From a virus, in IMG/VR virus record IMGVR_UViG_3300028388_003280, positions 54,197 to 118,196 of that record: a stretch of DNA of 64,000 bases. The stretch is one strand, 5' to 3'. A program made the position numbers and the translations under genes. The notes under the pieces are model-generated. The model worked only from the letters and a program-made list of their open reading frames with translations. It was not told the DNA's origin and made no database searches. Below, piece after piece: positions 9,140 to 18,759 of the stretch; position 1 is the stretch's first letter; each line of letters starts with the position of its first letter.

Positions 9140-10291
9140 ATGTCGATCACCAAGAAGGACATCGAGGACGTCATTGGTAAGCTTGAAGAAGGCGACTACC
9201 GTGCATTGTTCCTATGTCCCGATTTTGAAAAGCCATCCGGTGGAGTGGGCCTGATCTACGATCACGTCCGCATCCTCAACGAGCTGGGCTTCAATGCCTC
9301 GGTCGTCCACCAGAAGGATGGTTTCGTGCCTGAGTGGCTGGGAGACCGAGCCGAGGGCGTGCCTATCATCTACACGGAGAAAGGCGACCTGAACATCAAC
9401 ATGCAGGACTTTTTCTTCATCCCTGAGGGGATGACGAATGTCATGCAGCAGATGCAGCAGCAGAACGTGCCAGCCAAGAAGATCGTCTTCTGTCAGAACT
9501 GGTACTACATCCTGAACGCACTGCAGCCCGGCCAGACCTGGCAGAGCCTTGGAATCGGCGACTGCTTGTCGGTCAGTGAATTCCAGACACGCTACATCCA
9601 GAGCATTATGCCAGGCATGCGTTGCAAGAATGTCGTCGGCAGCATTGATCCTGAGGTGTTCTACCCGCCTGAGAGCGATGTTGAGAAGAAGCCAATCGTT
9701 AGCTTCTACCCATCTCGTGATCGTGGTGGCATGAAGAGCACCAACGTCATCAAGACGTTCTACCTCCTCTTCCCGCACTTCAAGTGGATCCAGTTCCGCC
9801 AGATGGGCGGTCTTGAGACCGAGGACTTCGCTGCGGCTCTTCGTGAGTCTGCCTTCTACGTTCACTTCGATGAGTACAGCTCGTGGGGCACTGCACCTAT
9901 TGAGGCATGGCGAAGCGGTTGTCACGTCGCAGGCTGGGACGGACTCGGCGGATCTGAGTACATGCGTCCCGTCAACCTCAGCGATTCCGGTGGTCACAAG
10001 ACTGGCAACATGTGGATCGCGCCGAATGGTGACATTGTGAAGCTTGCTCTGTTGATCGGTAACATGATCGAGCAGTGGATCACCGACAACATCGACAAGC
10101 AGATCGTCAAGAACGCCAAGGCTGCGTGTGAGAACTACACACCAGAAGCAGAAAAGGATTCGATCCTCCGTGCACACAACGAGTACCGGGAAGATCGCAT
10201 CAAGGAGCTCCAGGGCTTTGCTGATAAGCTTCCGGAGATCGCTGACACCGAGAACATGGAGGTAGTGAGCAATGACGCGCAAGGTAGCTGA
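9140..10291 (+). CDS. Glycosyltransferase, GT-B fold
   Basis: PSGGVGLIYDHVRILNELG; ALRESAFYVHFDEYSSWGTAPIEAWRSGCHVAGWDGLGGSEY. Confidence 0.8.
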   Translation: MSITKKDIEDVIGKLEEGDYRALFLCPDFEKPSGGVGLIYDHVRILNELGFNASVVHQKDGFVPEWLGDRAEGVPIIYTEKGDLNINMQDFFFIPEGMTNVMQQMQQQNVPAKKIVFCQNWYYILNALQPGQTWQSLGIGDCLSVSEFQTRYIQSIMPGMRCKNVVGSIDPEVFYPPESDVEKKPIVSFYPSRDRGGMKSTNVIKTFYLLFPHFKWIQFRQMGGLETEDFAAALRESAFYVHFDEYSSWGTAPIEAWRSGCHVAGWDGLGGSEYMRPVNLSDSGGHKTGNMWIAPNGDIVKLALLIGNMIEQWITDNIDKQIVKNAKAACENYTPEAEKDSILRAHNEYREDRIKELQGFADKLPEIADTENMEVVSNDAQGS

Positions 10292-11078
10292 TCTAGCTGT
10301 CATCATCCCGTCGCACGAGAAGACTGACACGCTGTTGAAGGCGATCGATTCTGTGTTTGCGCAGACGACCCATCCCAGCATCGTCCTCGTTGCAACGAAG
10401 GATGTTCTGAGCACCATCGACGACGACCGAGCCCAGCGCATGACACTCGTTGAGGCTGGTGAGGATACTTCGTATCCGGCCTTGGTCAATCAGGGCATCG
10501 AGGCAGCCAAGGAGCTCGAGGGCGTGAACTGGTTCACCATTCTTGAGCACGACGATGAGTTGCTTCCTAAGGCAGTTGAAAACTTCGTTGCCTATAGCAG
10601 CCACGATCCCGAGACTCCAGTATGGTCTGGCCTCGGACTGCATGTAAATCGTGGCAACGGCGATGGTCCGCCAGAGCTCAAGAGCATGCTCAACGATGCC
10701 GCGTGGGCTCCGAACATCATGGAGACACCAGGAACCACGGATTTCAACGCCATGCTGCGCATGAACTTTGTGTTCCTGAACGGATGCTTCTTCAAGTTCG
10801 AGGTCGTCGATGAGGTTGGACTTCTCAAGCCGAACATGAAGATGTTCGCTGACTACGAGTTCCTGCTTCGCGTGGTCTACAACGGACACGACATCCGCAG
10901 CATCCCGAAGGCAACACACTACCACTATGCTGGTGGCAAGATGACTCAGGATCTGAACGGCACAAAGCGTGAAGAGACTGAATTCTGGGTGACTGCAGCT
11001 CGTAAGGAGTACTTCTACGAGTTCGACCGCGAGATTGCCTACGAACCCGCGGAGGAGACAGAAACCGCGGAGGCTTGA
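10272..11078 (+). CDS. Glycosyltransferase family 2
   Basis: VIIPSH, KAIDSVFAQT, NQGIE, ILEHDD, ADYEFLLR. Confidence 0.85.
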   Translation: MTRKVADLAVIIPSHEKTDTLLKAIDSVFAQTTHPSIVLVATKDVLSTIDDDRAQRMTLVEAGEDTSYPALVNQGIEAAKELEGVNWFTILEHDDELLPKAVENFVAYSSHDPETPVWSGLGLHVNRGNGDGPPELKSMLNDAAWAPNIMETPGTTDFNAMLRMNFVFLNGCFFKFEVVDEVGLLKPNMKMFADYEFLLRVVYNGHDIRSIPKATHYHYAGGKMTQDLNGTKREETEFWVTAARKEYFYEFDREIAYEPAEETETAEA

Positions 11079-11079
11079 C

Positions 11080-11808
11080 ATGACAGTCAAGAATTCCGCC
11101 GGTCTCACCAAGAAGCGCAAGCGTGAGTACTGGAGCGTCGAGCAGGAGGAGGCCGTTAAGGCCTACCTCCTGCTCGAGCCAGATTCTCGCGAAGCCGACA
11201 AGCTATTCGCAGGGAAGATCTATCCTTCCTTGCGGCAGCTTGTCGAGAACATTGCGTTCACCTACCACCTGACAACGTCCGAGACACCAGTTCGCGAACA
11301 GATCGATGACTGCATCGGACACGTCATCGTGAAGTTCAGGAAGTACGATCCAGACAAGGGCAGCAAGGCATTCTCATACTACGGCACCGTGGCCAAGAAC
11401 TACTTCATCCTCGCACAGAACAAGGCGTACAAGAAGAAGATCCAGACCACGGAGATTGATAGTACGGAGGGCTTGGAGATGATCCTCGACCTCGCCATCG
11501 ATCATGAGTTTGAGCGTGAGCTTGACAGTCCCGAGTTCTTCATTTCACACTTGGCGGACCATCTTGAGGGAATCCTGGAAACAGACATCAGTCTACACAC
11601 CAACACTTGGAAGTTGGGAGAGGCTATCGTCTACATTCTCAGGAACTATGCCCACATCCAGATGTCCACAAAGAACACGTTTTACCACATCGTGCGTGAG
11701 ATGACTGGGTTGACTACCAAGGAGATATCCAAGGCTCTAAAGGAGTTGAAGACAGTGTATGCAGAAGTGCGTGCTGACTTCATCGCCAACAGGACCACCA
11801 CCCTGTGA
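11080..11808 (+). CDS. Phage sigma-70-like transcription factor (putative late sigma)
   Basis: KFRKYDPDKGSKAFSYYGTVAKNY (region 2-like); C-terminal HTH-like REMTGLTTKEISKAL. Confidence 0.7.
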   Translation: MTVKNSAGLTKKRKREYWSVEQEEAVKAYLLLEPDSREADKLFAGKIYPSLRQLVENIAFTYHLTTSETPVREQIDDCIGHVIVKFRKYDPDKGSKAFSYYGTVAKNYFILAQNKAYKKKIQTTEIDSTEGLEMILDLAIDHEFERELDSPEFFISHLADHLEGILETDISLHTNTWKLGEAIVYILRNYAHIQMSTKNTFYHIVREMTGLTTKEISKALKELKTVYAEVRADFIANRTTTL

Positions 11809-11809
11809 G

Positions 11810-11815
11810 TATTTA
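11810..11815 (+). promoter_or_regulatory. Late-class promoter TATTTA
   Basis: GTATTTAGA then AGGAGG RBS. Confidence 0.62.
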
Positions 11816-11832
11816 GAAGCAGGAGGTCCATC

Positions 11833-12219
11833 ATGAGCAAGGACATCAAACTAGAACTGAGCAACACAGCCTTGATGGCCGTACTCCAGATCGCTCTGGA
11901 CTCGGCCATTGAGCAAAAGGCCCAAGCTATGGGGCACCATGAGCAGGTGTCCCGTACGCTTGAGGTCCCTGAAGACGGACGCCTCACTGTCGAGCGGGCT
12001 ATGGCGATCAAGGAGATCACCGACCCGATCGAGAAGTACCTCAAGTCCGCAGACGCATCTCTCGACAAGATCATCAAGATTGCCCGCCTGCTCGCAGACG
12101 TTATGCTGCGCCAGCAAGACGAGGACTATACAGAGATGACCCAAGAACAGCGCGAGGCGATGCAGAACGACATCCACGAGATGTTGAACCTAGCCAAAGA
12201 AAACAAGGACGAAGACTGA
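11833..12219 (+). CDS. Hypothetical late protein (helical)
   Basis: Strong RBS after late motif. Confidence 0.65.
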   Translation: MSKDIKLELSNTALMAVLQIALDSAIEQKAQAMGHHEQVSRTLEVPEDGRLTVERAMAIKEITDPIEKYLKSADASLDKIIKIARLLADVMLRQQDEDYTEMTQEQREAMQNDIHEMLNLAKENKDED

Positions 12220-12446
12220 TGCCTCTCAACTCACGTCTCATTGCAGATCGTGTCATCGCCGAGTTCGACGAGATCGGAATCAGGTCTCGCGTTGGTGGTA
12301 AGGAGAGCGAGACAGCCGCGCTCGTGCGAGTCATTTGTGACAAGGTAGTCGAAGCTATCCGCAATGAAGCCATTGTCACCACCACAGTCGTCACGGCAGG
12401 TTCACCAACCAGTCACACAGGAACAGGCACAGGGAGTATCAAATGA
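12219..12446 (+). CDS. Small putative baseplate/spike-associated protein
   Basis: C-terminal TTTVVTAGSPTSHTGTGTGSIK; lies before gp25. Confidence 0.5.
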   Translation: MPLNSRLIADRVIAEFDEIGIRSRVGGKESETAALVRVICDKVVEAIRNEAIVTTTVVTAGSPTSHTGTGTGSIK

Positions 12447-12634
12447 CTGACCTATCGGTTCTGACTACGAAGCAACTAATGGAACGCCACGGCCAATTGG
12501 CTGATAAGGCGCTTGAGATTCGGGAGAAGATGGAGATCATGCTCGGCGAATTTGAGAAGGTCCGCAAGGAGTTTGAGCTGATCGACGGTGAACTCCGAGA
12601 AAGAACAGGACAGGACCAGACCTCTCCGGAGTGA
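12443..12634 (+). CDS. Hypothetical coiled-coil protein
   Basis: ATGA-coupled. Confidence 0.6.
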   Translation: MTDLSVLTTKQLMERHGQLADKALEIREKMEIMLGEFEKVRKEFELIDGELRERTGQDQTSPE

Positions 12635-12640
12635 TATTTA
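12635..12640 (+). promoter_or_regulatory. Late-class promoter TATTTA
   Basis: ATATTTAC before gp25 RBS. Confidence 0.55.
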
Positions 12641-12658
12641 CCCTAGAGGTATTGTGCT

Positions 12659-13069
12659 ATGGCGTTCATCAACAAGCAAAAGCTCAACCGCACCAAGCCG
12701 TTGGGCATCCGCGCACCGATTAGGAACGCTGCACTCGACGGCGTCTTTGACGTCAACACCATAACAATAGAACAGGTGAAGAGTGAGCTGTATGTGCTCC
12801 TCTTCACGTCTAAGGGCTCGAGGGTTCAATTGCCTGAGTTCGGCTCACCTGTATACGATCTACAGTTTGAGCAGGTGAGCCAAAGAGACTTTCCAGAGAT
12901 CGGCCGATCTATCGAGGATGCAATTGCCAGGTGGGTGCCAAAGGCACTCGTGAACGATGTCGAGATCACTCAGCTGACCGAGGCACCGAACACCTTTGAG
13001 ATCGTCGTCCGGTTTTCACTTCGGGACAATCCGCGCCTCGAAGATAGTCTTGTTATCACAGCGAGGTAA
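12659..13069 (+). CDS. gp25: Baseplate wedge protein, gp25/GPW family
   Basis: LLFTSKGSRVQLPEFGS..LQFE...IEDAIARWVP. Confidence 0.88.
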   Translation: MAFINKQKLNRTKPLGIRAPIRNAALDGVFDVNTITIEQVKSELYVLLFTSKGSRVQLPEFGSPVYDLQFEQVSQRDFPEIGRSIEDAIARWVPKALVNDVEITQLTEAPNTFEIVVRFSLRDNPRLEDSLVITAR

Positions 13070-13072
13070 CCA

Positions 13073-14914
13073 ATGGCTCCACGAGCAAACATCAAGTACA
13101 TCAATAGGGACTTCGACAGTCTAAAGCAGGATCTGCTAGAGTACGTCAAGCTCACCTATCCTGATCGCTACAACGACTTCAGCGAAGCTTCAGTTGGCAT
13201 GATGCTGCTGGAGCTTAACGCGTATGTGGGGGATGTGCTTTCCTACCACCTCGACAAGCGGTACAACGAGATGTTTGTTGAGACAGCAGAGCAGCGGGAA
13301 TCGCTGTTCCGCTTGGCTCGCAATCTCGGGTACAAGCCCCGCGGGAAGAGAGCTAGCGCTACACTCGTTGATCTCAGCATCACAGTCCCTGTTGCAGGCG
13401 ATACATTCGACGCAGACTATGCACTCACCTACCAGCGAGGCATCCAGCTTCAATCAGAGTCTGGTGCATTCTTTGAGATCCTCGAGGACGTAGACTTCAG
13501 CAGCCCCAACAGCTTCCGCGGCGTTCCAAACCGCACAGTCACTCCGGTTATCGCAGGTGGCGAGATCGTCGAGTACGTGCTCACCAAGAGCGTCGTAGCT
13601 GTTGCAGGCCGATCAATTACAGAGACCCTGGAAGTCACCTCGTCAAATGCCCGCCCATACATGACATGGACGCTATCTGATGACAGCATCCTAGAGATCC
13701 GAAACCTCATCAACTCAGATGTGTCATCTGTGCCAACCACCGAGAACGGTTGGGTTTCAAACGCAGATGATATCTGGTACGAAGTTGATTACCTCTCACA
13801 AAGCCAGGTCTTTGTCGAGACCACGATCGGTGACACAGCGGCAACCCGCACAGGATTCTGGCGCAGCGTGCCTAAGCGGTACGAAGCAAACTTCAACGAG
13901 AACGGCGAGCTCACACTCACGTTCGGCGCAGGCACCCAGAACTTTGACCTATACGCAAACTGGCTGGCTGAAGGTGCCACTGCATTGCAGAGGCAACAGC
14001 TACTGAACAACACGTCCATGGGTGTCATCCCAGCCCCAGGATCTTACCTCCAGGTGAGATATAGAACTGGTGGAGGCGTGGAGTCGAATGTCCCTCAGGG
14101 AACGATCACCACAGTGTTGCAGGCTGATGTGTCGAACGTACCAGCTGCTGCGCCAGATACCATCACCCTGGCCAATGTTCAGTCATCTCTCGAGGTCAAC
14201 AACCCCATCCCAGCAATTGGTGGTGCGGACTACGAAACCGAGGACGAGATCAGAGCAGCTGCTGCTGGTAACTTCGCCACGCAGGAGAGAGTGGTCACGA
14301 TTGATGACTACATCTCCCGCGCTGCCCAGATGCCATCTCAGTATGGCACGGTCTTCCGCGTGTACGCAAACAATGACCAGTCAAACTTCGTCACCAGACT
14401 CTATGTCTTGACCAAGGATGAGAATGGCAAGCTGAAGAACACCGGCAACGACCTAGTGAAGCGGAACCTAGCAACCTATCTCGAGCAGTACAGACTGCTC
14501 AACGATGTGGTTGAGATCTATGATGGTCGCATCATCAACATTGGTGTTGACTTCACAGTGCTCGTCGAGTCTGGCTTGAACAAGCGCCAGGTCGTTTACC
14601 AGTGCATCCAAGAGCTCAACGACTACTTTGCCATCGACAATTGGCAGATGGCACAGACACTCTACATCTCGCAGATCACAGACATCTTGCGGGAGGTTCA
14701 GGGTGTCGTCAATGTCGCAAGCCTCAGCATCGTCAACAAGTACGGTGAGGGCTATAGCGATGACGTCCTACCCGAAGCACTGCTCCAGGGCCAGGTCGTT
14801 GACAGCACGGGTTCAAATGTTATCAGGCCCGTGAACAACGCCATCAAGTGTGCTGTGACGAGCATGTTTGAAGTCAAGTACCCGAACAGGGATATTGTAG
14901 GAAGGGCATTATAA
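13073..14914 (+). CDS. Baseplate wedge subunit (T4 gp6 / baseplate J-like)
   Basis: YINRDFDSLK, AYVGDVLSYHLD, GGADYETEDEIR, QERVVTIDDY. Confidence 0.88.
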   Translation: MAPRANIKYINRDFDSLKQDLLEYVKLTYPDRYNDFSEASVGMMLLELNAYVGDVLSYHLDKRYNEMFVETAEQRESLFRLARNLGYKPRGKRASATLVDLSITVPVAGDTFDADYALTYQRGIQLQSESGAFFEILEDVDFSSPNSFRGVPNRTVTPVIAGGEIVEYVLTKSVVAVAGRSITETLEVTSSNARPYMTWTLSDDSILEIRNLINSDVSSVPTTENGWVSNADDIWYEVDYLSQSQVFVETTIGDTAATRTGFWRSVPKRYEANFNENGELTLTFGAGTQNFDLYANWLAEGATALQRQQLLNNTSMGVIPAPGSYLQVRYRTGGGVESNVPQGTITTVLQADVSNVPAAAPDTITLANVQSSLEVNNPIPAIGGADYETEDEIRAAAAGNFATQERVVTIDDYISRAAQMPSQYGTVFRVYANNDQSNFVTRLYVLTKDENGKLKNTGNDLVKRNLATYLEQYRLLNDVVEIYDGRIINIGVDFTVLVESGLNKRQVVYQCIQELNDYFAIDNWQMAQTLYISQITDILREVQGVVNVASLSIVNKYGEGYSDDVLPEALLQGQVVDSTGSNVIRPVNNAIKCAVTSMFEVKYPNRDIVGRAL

Positions 14915-15022
14915 TGCGTAGGAAGAAGACACTCGATGTGCTAACAGAGCATGAAGAAGAAGCTCGAACTCGCCGCCGCGAACTACAAGGCTCTGCGTCG
15001 CCTCGGCGACAAGCCAGCATAG
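14914..15022 (+). pseudogene. Possible frameshifted/deleted small head-protein gene
   Basis: Coupled start MRRKKTLDVLTE in one frame; phage-like codons MKKKLELAAANYKALRRLGDKPA* in another from 14951. Confidence 0.35.
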
Positions 15023-15037
15023 GAATTACGGTACACC

Positions 15038-15229
15038 ATGGACTTTAGTTGGATCAGCGATCTCAAGGATCTCTTCTTCGAAGCAATCACTTACCTCGAG
15101 AGTGTCAATCCGTGGTTGGGCGTTTCCGCGGTTGTGATCCTTATACTGGCTGTCGCAGCCCGGATCGCTGATCTTGATGAAATCATCAGGGCATGGAAGG
15201 CGAAGGGGAACGACGATGAAGAAGAATAA
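15038..15229 (+). CDS. Small membrane protein
   Basis: One hydrophobic helix, acidic C-tail. Confidence 0.6.
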   Translation: MDFSWISDLKDLFFEAITYLESVNPWLGVSAVVILILAVAARIADLDEIIRAWKAKGNDDEEE

Positions 15230-15491
15230 ACCAGCTAGCATCAGAAGCTACCAACTCGCAGGCATCAACGAGAGTGACGATAGGAAGGCGGAGCGCGCAG
15301 CTGCAAAGGCTGTTCACGCAATGGAAAAGACGCACACTATTCTCACCAGCTTGGGTGAATTTGAAAAGGCTGTCGCTTCGTATGTCAAGCGTGAACTCGG
15401 CAAGGGCGGCAAAGTGCCAAGCCCACAAGCAATCAAGAAGTGGGCTTTGAACTACTTCGACGATGAAGAGATCAGACCAAAGAGGAAGTAG
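15216..15491 (+). CDS. Putative head-packaged protein (LAGINE/S leader)
   Basis: MKKNKPASIRSYQLAGINES. Confidence 0.6.
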   Translation: MKKNKPASIRSYQLAGINESDDRKAERAAAKAVHAMEKTHTILTSLGEFEKAVASYVKRELGKGGKVPSPQAIKKWALNYFDDEEIRPKRK

Positions 15492-15495
15492 ACTG

Positions 15496-16032
15496 ATGAA
15501 GAGTTACGATAAAGAAATGTACGTCCAAAATATGCATCTTAACCCGGCCACTCGGGTTCAGAATGAGAGAAAGCACTCAAACATTGCTGCATGTAAGACG
15601 TATGAAGAGAATGTTGTTGGTAATGTTTTGGATGTTGGGTCAGATAATGGTACCCATACAATTTTGGTTGCTGAGTTTGATGGTGTTAATCAGATCACTG
15701 GCCTTACCCTGTCGGCCGAGGGTGTGCAGGCTTCTTTTGATACGTTGGAATTCATCCATCCAAAGTATCGCCAAAAGCTTAACTTTATTGAGGGCAACGC
15801 GTGTGATATGAACATGATCGAGGCTGCCTTTATTGGTGAGCTATATCGTGTATTGAAGCCTGGCCGGTCTTTGATCTTGTCGATTCCATATGAGCGTGCT
15901 CATGACTGCGAAAATCACGTAACATATTGGAATGAGAAATCTCTATCTGAATTGATGACGAAGCATGGCTTCACTGTCGAAGACGTTCATCAGGGCATCG
16001 GGCAATCTTTGAATGGAAGGTTCACAAAGTAA
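15496..16032 (+). CDS. Class I SAM-dependent methyltransferase (possibly internally deleted)
   Basis: VLDVGSDNG, FIEGNA, ELYRVLKPGRSLILSIP; T-rich codon usage. Confidence 0.75.
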   Translation: MKSYDKEMYVQNMHLNPATRVQNERKHSNIAACKTYEENVVGNVLDVGSDNGTHTILVAEFDGVNQITGLTLSAEGVQASFDTLEFIHPKYRQKLNFIEGNACDMNMIEAAFIGELYRVLKPGRSLILSIPYERAHDCENHVTYWNEKSLSELMTKHGFTVEDVHQGIGQSLNGRFTK

Positions 16033-17408
16033 TGGCACGCTATCGCATCTACCCCAGCAAGAACAGCGTCATCTTTGAGGATGACCAAGACCGCAACGTC
16101 GGCCTAAACCCGGTGTTTGAGCTGTGGTATGGTGTAAGCGGGGTCACGCGCGCAGTATTCAAATGGGACTGGTCGGACTACTATGCTGACTTTCTAGCGG
16201 GAAAGGTCCCAGCTCTGACTGATGCGTCACTGACTAACTTCCATGCAGAGTTTACAGCGGTTGCTCCAATCCAACAAGCTGACAATGCTGTTGGGTTTGC
16301 TGAATACGAACTAGAGTGTCCGGACCTCGACAACGCACACCAAATCATTGACTTTGAAGAGGGCATCGGTTGGTGGCACGAGGGTCCAGACATTGTGACT
16401 GGGTTCACAAACTGGGTCAATGCAACCGCTGCTCAAGCTTGGCCTGAGATCGGTGCAGCGCCCAACGGCACATTGAAGGCAACTGCTACTGCTGACCGGG
16501 ATCCGGGTCAGCTCGTCTTCACATGTGCCAATGTAGATGGGGCGGCAGACAAGGTCTGGAATCAGCACGTGGTTCCGGATCAGTATCTTGTCACGGTTTT
16601 GAAATACACCGATGCATACGAATCACTGACAGGCACGACACCTGGCCAGAAGAGGCTGATCTTCTCCAGACACACAAACACGCTCTTCACGCCATATCAG
16701 CAGGTCGATTGGGATGACCAGGTATTGTCTGATCGCAGCTCTGCCATTGAAACGACAGAACACGACCTGTATCTCTTCCTATACAAGAACGGCGTGCTGA
16801 CAGATCCGACATCAGTCGACTCCGTTGAGATCAACTCGGTGACGATCACCACGGGCATCAGTAAAGTCTCTACCGGTATTTACAAGTACACGTACCTAGT
16901 ACCGGCAGGGCTCGATCCATCCAACACCGGAACCACTCTCACCGATACGTGGACCATCACACAGTCTAATGGCTTGCAGGTGACAGTGGCTAACGAGTTC
17001 ACTGTCCGCAATGCAGCATATGCTGGAGACTGGTCTGGAGACACGGCATTGGCGGCACAGCCGTATCAGGTTTCACTGCCCAATCTGCAAGACGAGTATA
17101 CGAAGGGCGATGAGGCATGCATCCGTGTGCTGTTCCGTCCCGAGTTCAGTTCGAACTACAGTGTGCTTCGCAACGCTGAATTCAGAATCCACATCCCAGA
17201 CAAGACAACCAGCGAACCAGCACTCGTCATGTACGACTGGTCGCCGATCAGTTATCGGGTCGAGAGTGATGGTACGGGGGACAACTTCTTCCTGCTTCAG
17301 ACTGGTTGGTTCCTGACTGGCCAGACATACGAAGTCAACATCCGGTATAGCGACGGTGCGTCAACAACAACTGATGTCATCAAGCGAACCTTCAAGGTGG
17401 TAACATGA
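16032..17408 (+). CDS. Putative virion structural protein
   Basis: Long Thr/Asp-rich beta-type protein within baseplate operon. Confidence 0.6.
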   Translation: MARYRIYPSKNSVIFEDDQDRNVGLNPVFELWYGVSGVTRAVFKWDWSDYYADFLAGKVPALTDASLTNFHAEFTAVAPIQQADNAVGFAEYELECPDLDNAHQIIDFEEGIGWWHEGPDIVTGFTNWVNATAAQAWPEIGAAPNGTLKATATADRDPGQLVFTCANVDGAADKVWNQHVVPDQYLVTVLKYTDAYESLTGTTPGQKRLIFSRHTNTLFTPYQQVDWDDQVLSDRSSAIETTEHDLYLFLYKNGVLTDPTSVDSVEINSVTITTGISKVSTGIYKYTYLVPAGLDPSNTGTTLTDTWTITQSNGLQVTVANEFTVRNAAYAGDWSGDTALAAQPYQVSLPNLQDEYTKGDEACIRVLFRPEFSSNYSVLRNAEFRIHIPDKTTSEPALVMYDWSPISYRVESDGTGDNFFLLQTGWFLTGQTYEVNIRYSDGASTTTDVIKRTFKVVT

Positions 17409-17986
17409 GGGATAAGCGACTACTAGGCCTCGCTGGCGTTAGGCGAGTACCAGCGATCCACGAGCGTCGTGGATCTGACTCAACGTTTGAGTTCTGGAAA
17501 GATGCAGATGCTGTAAAGGGCATGTATGATCGTGACATGAAGGAGTACGGCATTCGCTTTAACCAGCCAGTCACAGTCAAGCTCCTCGATAATCCATATC
17601 CAACATGGGGTGGTGGCGACACAAAGAAGCTTGCCACGACCCTAAAGAAGGGTGACACCTTCACCTTCAAGGTCAACAAGGATTATAGCATCGACATCAT
17701 CAAGCCATTCAAGGACAGATGGTCTGCCGGCTGGTATTCGATTGCCCTGCAGCTTGGCCGCAATGGAATCATCAGTAAGGTCAACGAACTCGTTGAAGCT
17801 GGTGACGGCGGCCCGAGTCCGGCAGAGATCAAGAAGCACCTCAATACGGCTGCATCCAACATGGAGTTTGCCAAGGAAGTCATGAAGGCTGACCCAGAGC
17901 TTGGCAAGCAGATGTACGATCACGCAAAGAATCTATGGGATGCAATGCAGAACCTCAAGAAGTCGAGACGCCGAGGCGCAGTATGA
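17405..17986 (+). CDS. Putative head-packaged protein
   Basis: MRDKRLLGLAGV leader; IHE and LVEA sites. Confidence 0.6.
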   Translation: MRDKRLLGLAGVRRVPAIHERRGSDSTFEFWKDADAVKGMYDRDMKEYGIRFNQPVTVKLLDNPYPTWGGGDTKKLATTLKKGDTFTFKVNKDYSIDIIKPFKDRWSAGWYSIALQLGRNGIISKVNELVEAGDGGPSPAEIKKHLNTAASNMEFAKEVMKADPELGKQMYDHAKNLWDAMQNLKKSRRRGAV

Positions 17987-18759
17987 GCACCTGGCATGAC
18001 GTCTTCCGTGAATACCGCAGGCGGCTCAACGAGTCGCCTGATCGTATTGAGCATGAGAAGTATGGAGTGCTCGGGAACTGGGCTGATGATGACGCCCATG
18101 CATTCGGTTACTACAAGGGCATCATGGCTGTCTCTGAACCAAGGAGATCACACGACTCAATCTTCTGGGACGATGTTAACAGAAAGCCGACCACACAGAG
18201 CGGCATCCGCATTGACAACCGAGGCGGCAACAAGAGACTTGACCGATCCAGCTTCACGTTCCCAGGTCGCGTTTGGGTAGACAAGGAGATCATCTCGTTT
18301 TGGGTGTATCCTCCGCGTGGTAGGCTGCGCAAGATCATCAAAGACCTCGAGGATGCACTCCATGACTACTACGGTTACAGATACAACATCACACCCAATT
18401 GGAAGGTTGACATCCCACTCGCCACTCGGTCGAATCGCATCAAGGATGATGGTAGGGTAGCAGACTATGACAACTATGAATCTGATTGGATCTATGACAC
18501 AGACCGCGATTATTCAATGCTCTACACACTAGACCACATCCTCAAGAACAAGCCGATGGAAGGTATCGGCAAGCTCTGGAAGCAGATGGGCATCGACATG
18601 GATACGGGTGAGGCACACGTGGCTTCGCCTATTGCCAAGAAGGTCGACAAGCTCAGCACCAGACAGAAGCGGGATCTGTGGAACTACTTCAAGCGTCTCG
18701 GCGACTGGAGCCCAGCCGACAAGGCACTCTACAACTACATGGCGAGCAAGAACCGATGA
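17983..18759 (+). CDS. Putative head-packaged protein
   Basis: MSTWHDVFREYRRRLNES leader. Confidence 0.62.
   Translation: MSTWHDVFREYRRRLNESPDRIEHEKYGVLGNWADDDAHAFGYYKGIMAVSEPRRSHDSIFWDDVNRKPTTQSGIRIDNRGGNKRLDRSSFTFPGRVWVDKEIISFWVYPPRGRLRKIIKDLEDALHDYYGYRYNITPNWKVDIPLATRSNRIKDDGRVADYDNYESDWIYDTDRDYSMLYTLDHILKNKPMEGIGKLWKQMGIDMDTGEAHVASPIAKKVDKLSTRQKRDLWNYFKRLGDWSPADKALYNYMASKNR

Noticed and set aside
9212-11120. Long - strand ORFs (425 aa, 275 aa)
   Set aside because: Antisense shadows of glycosyltransferases caused by codon bias; no RBS or motifs
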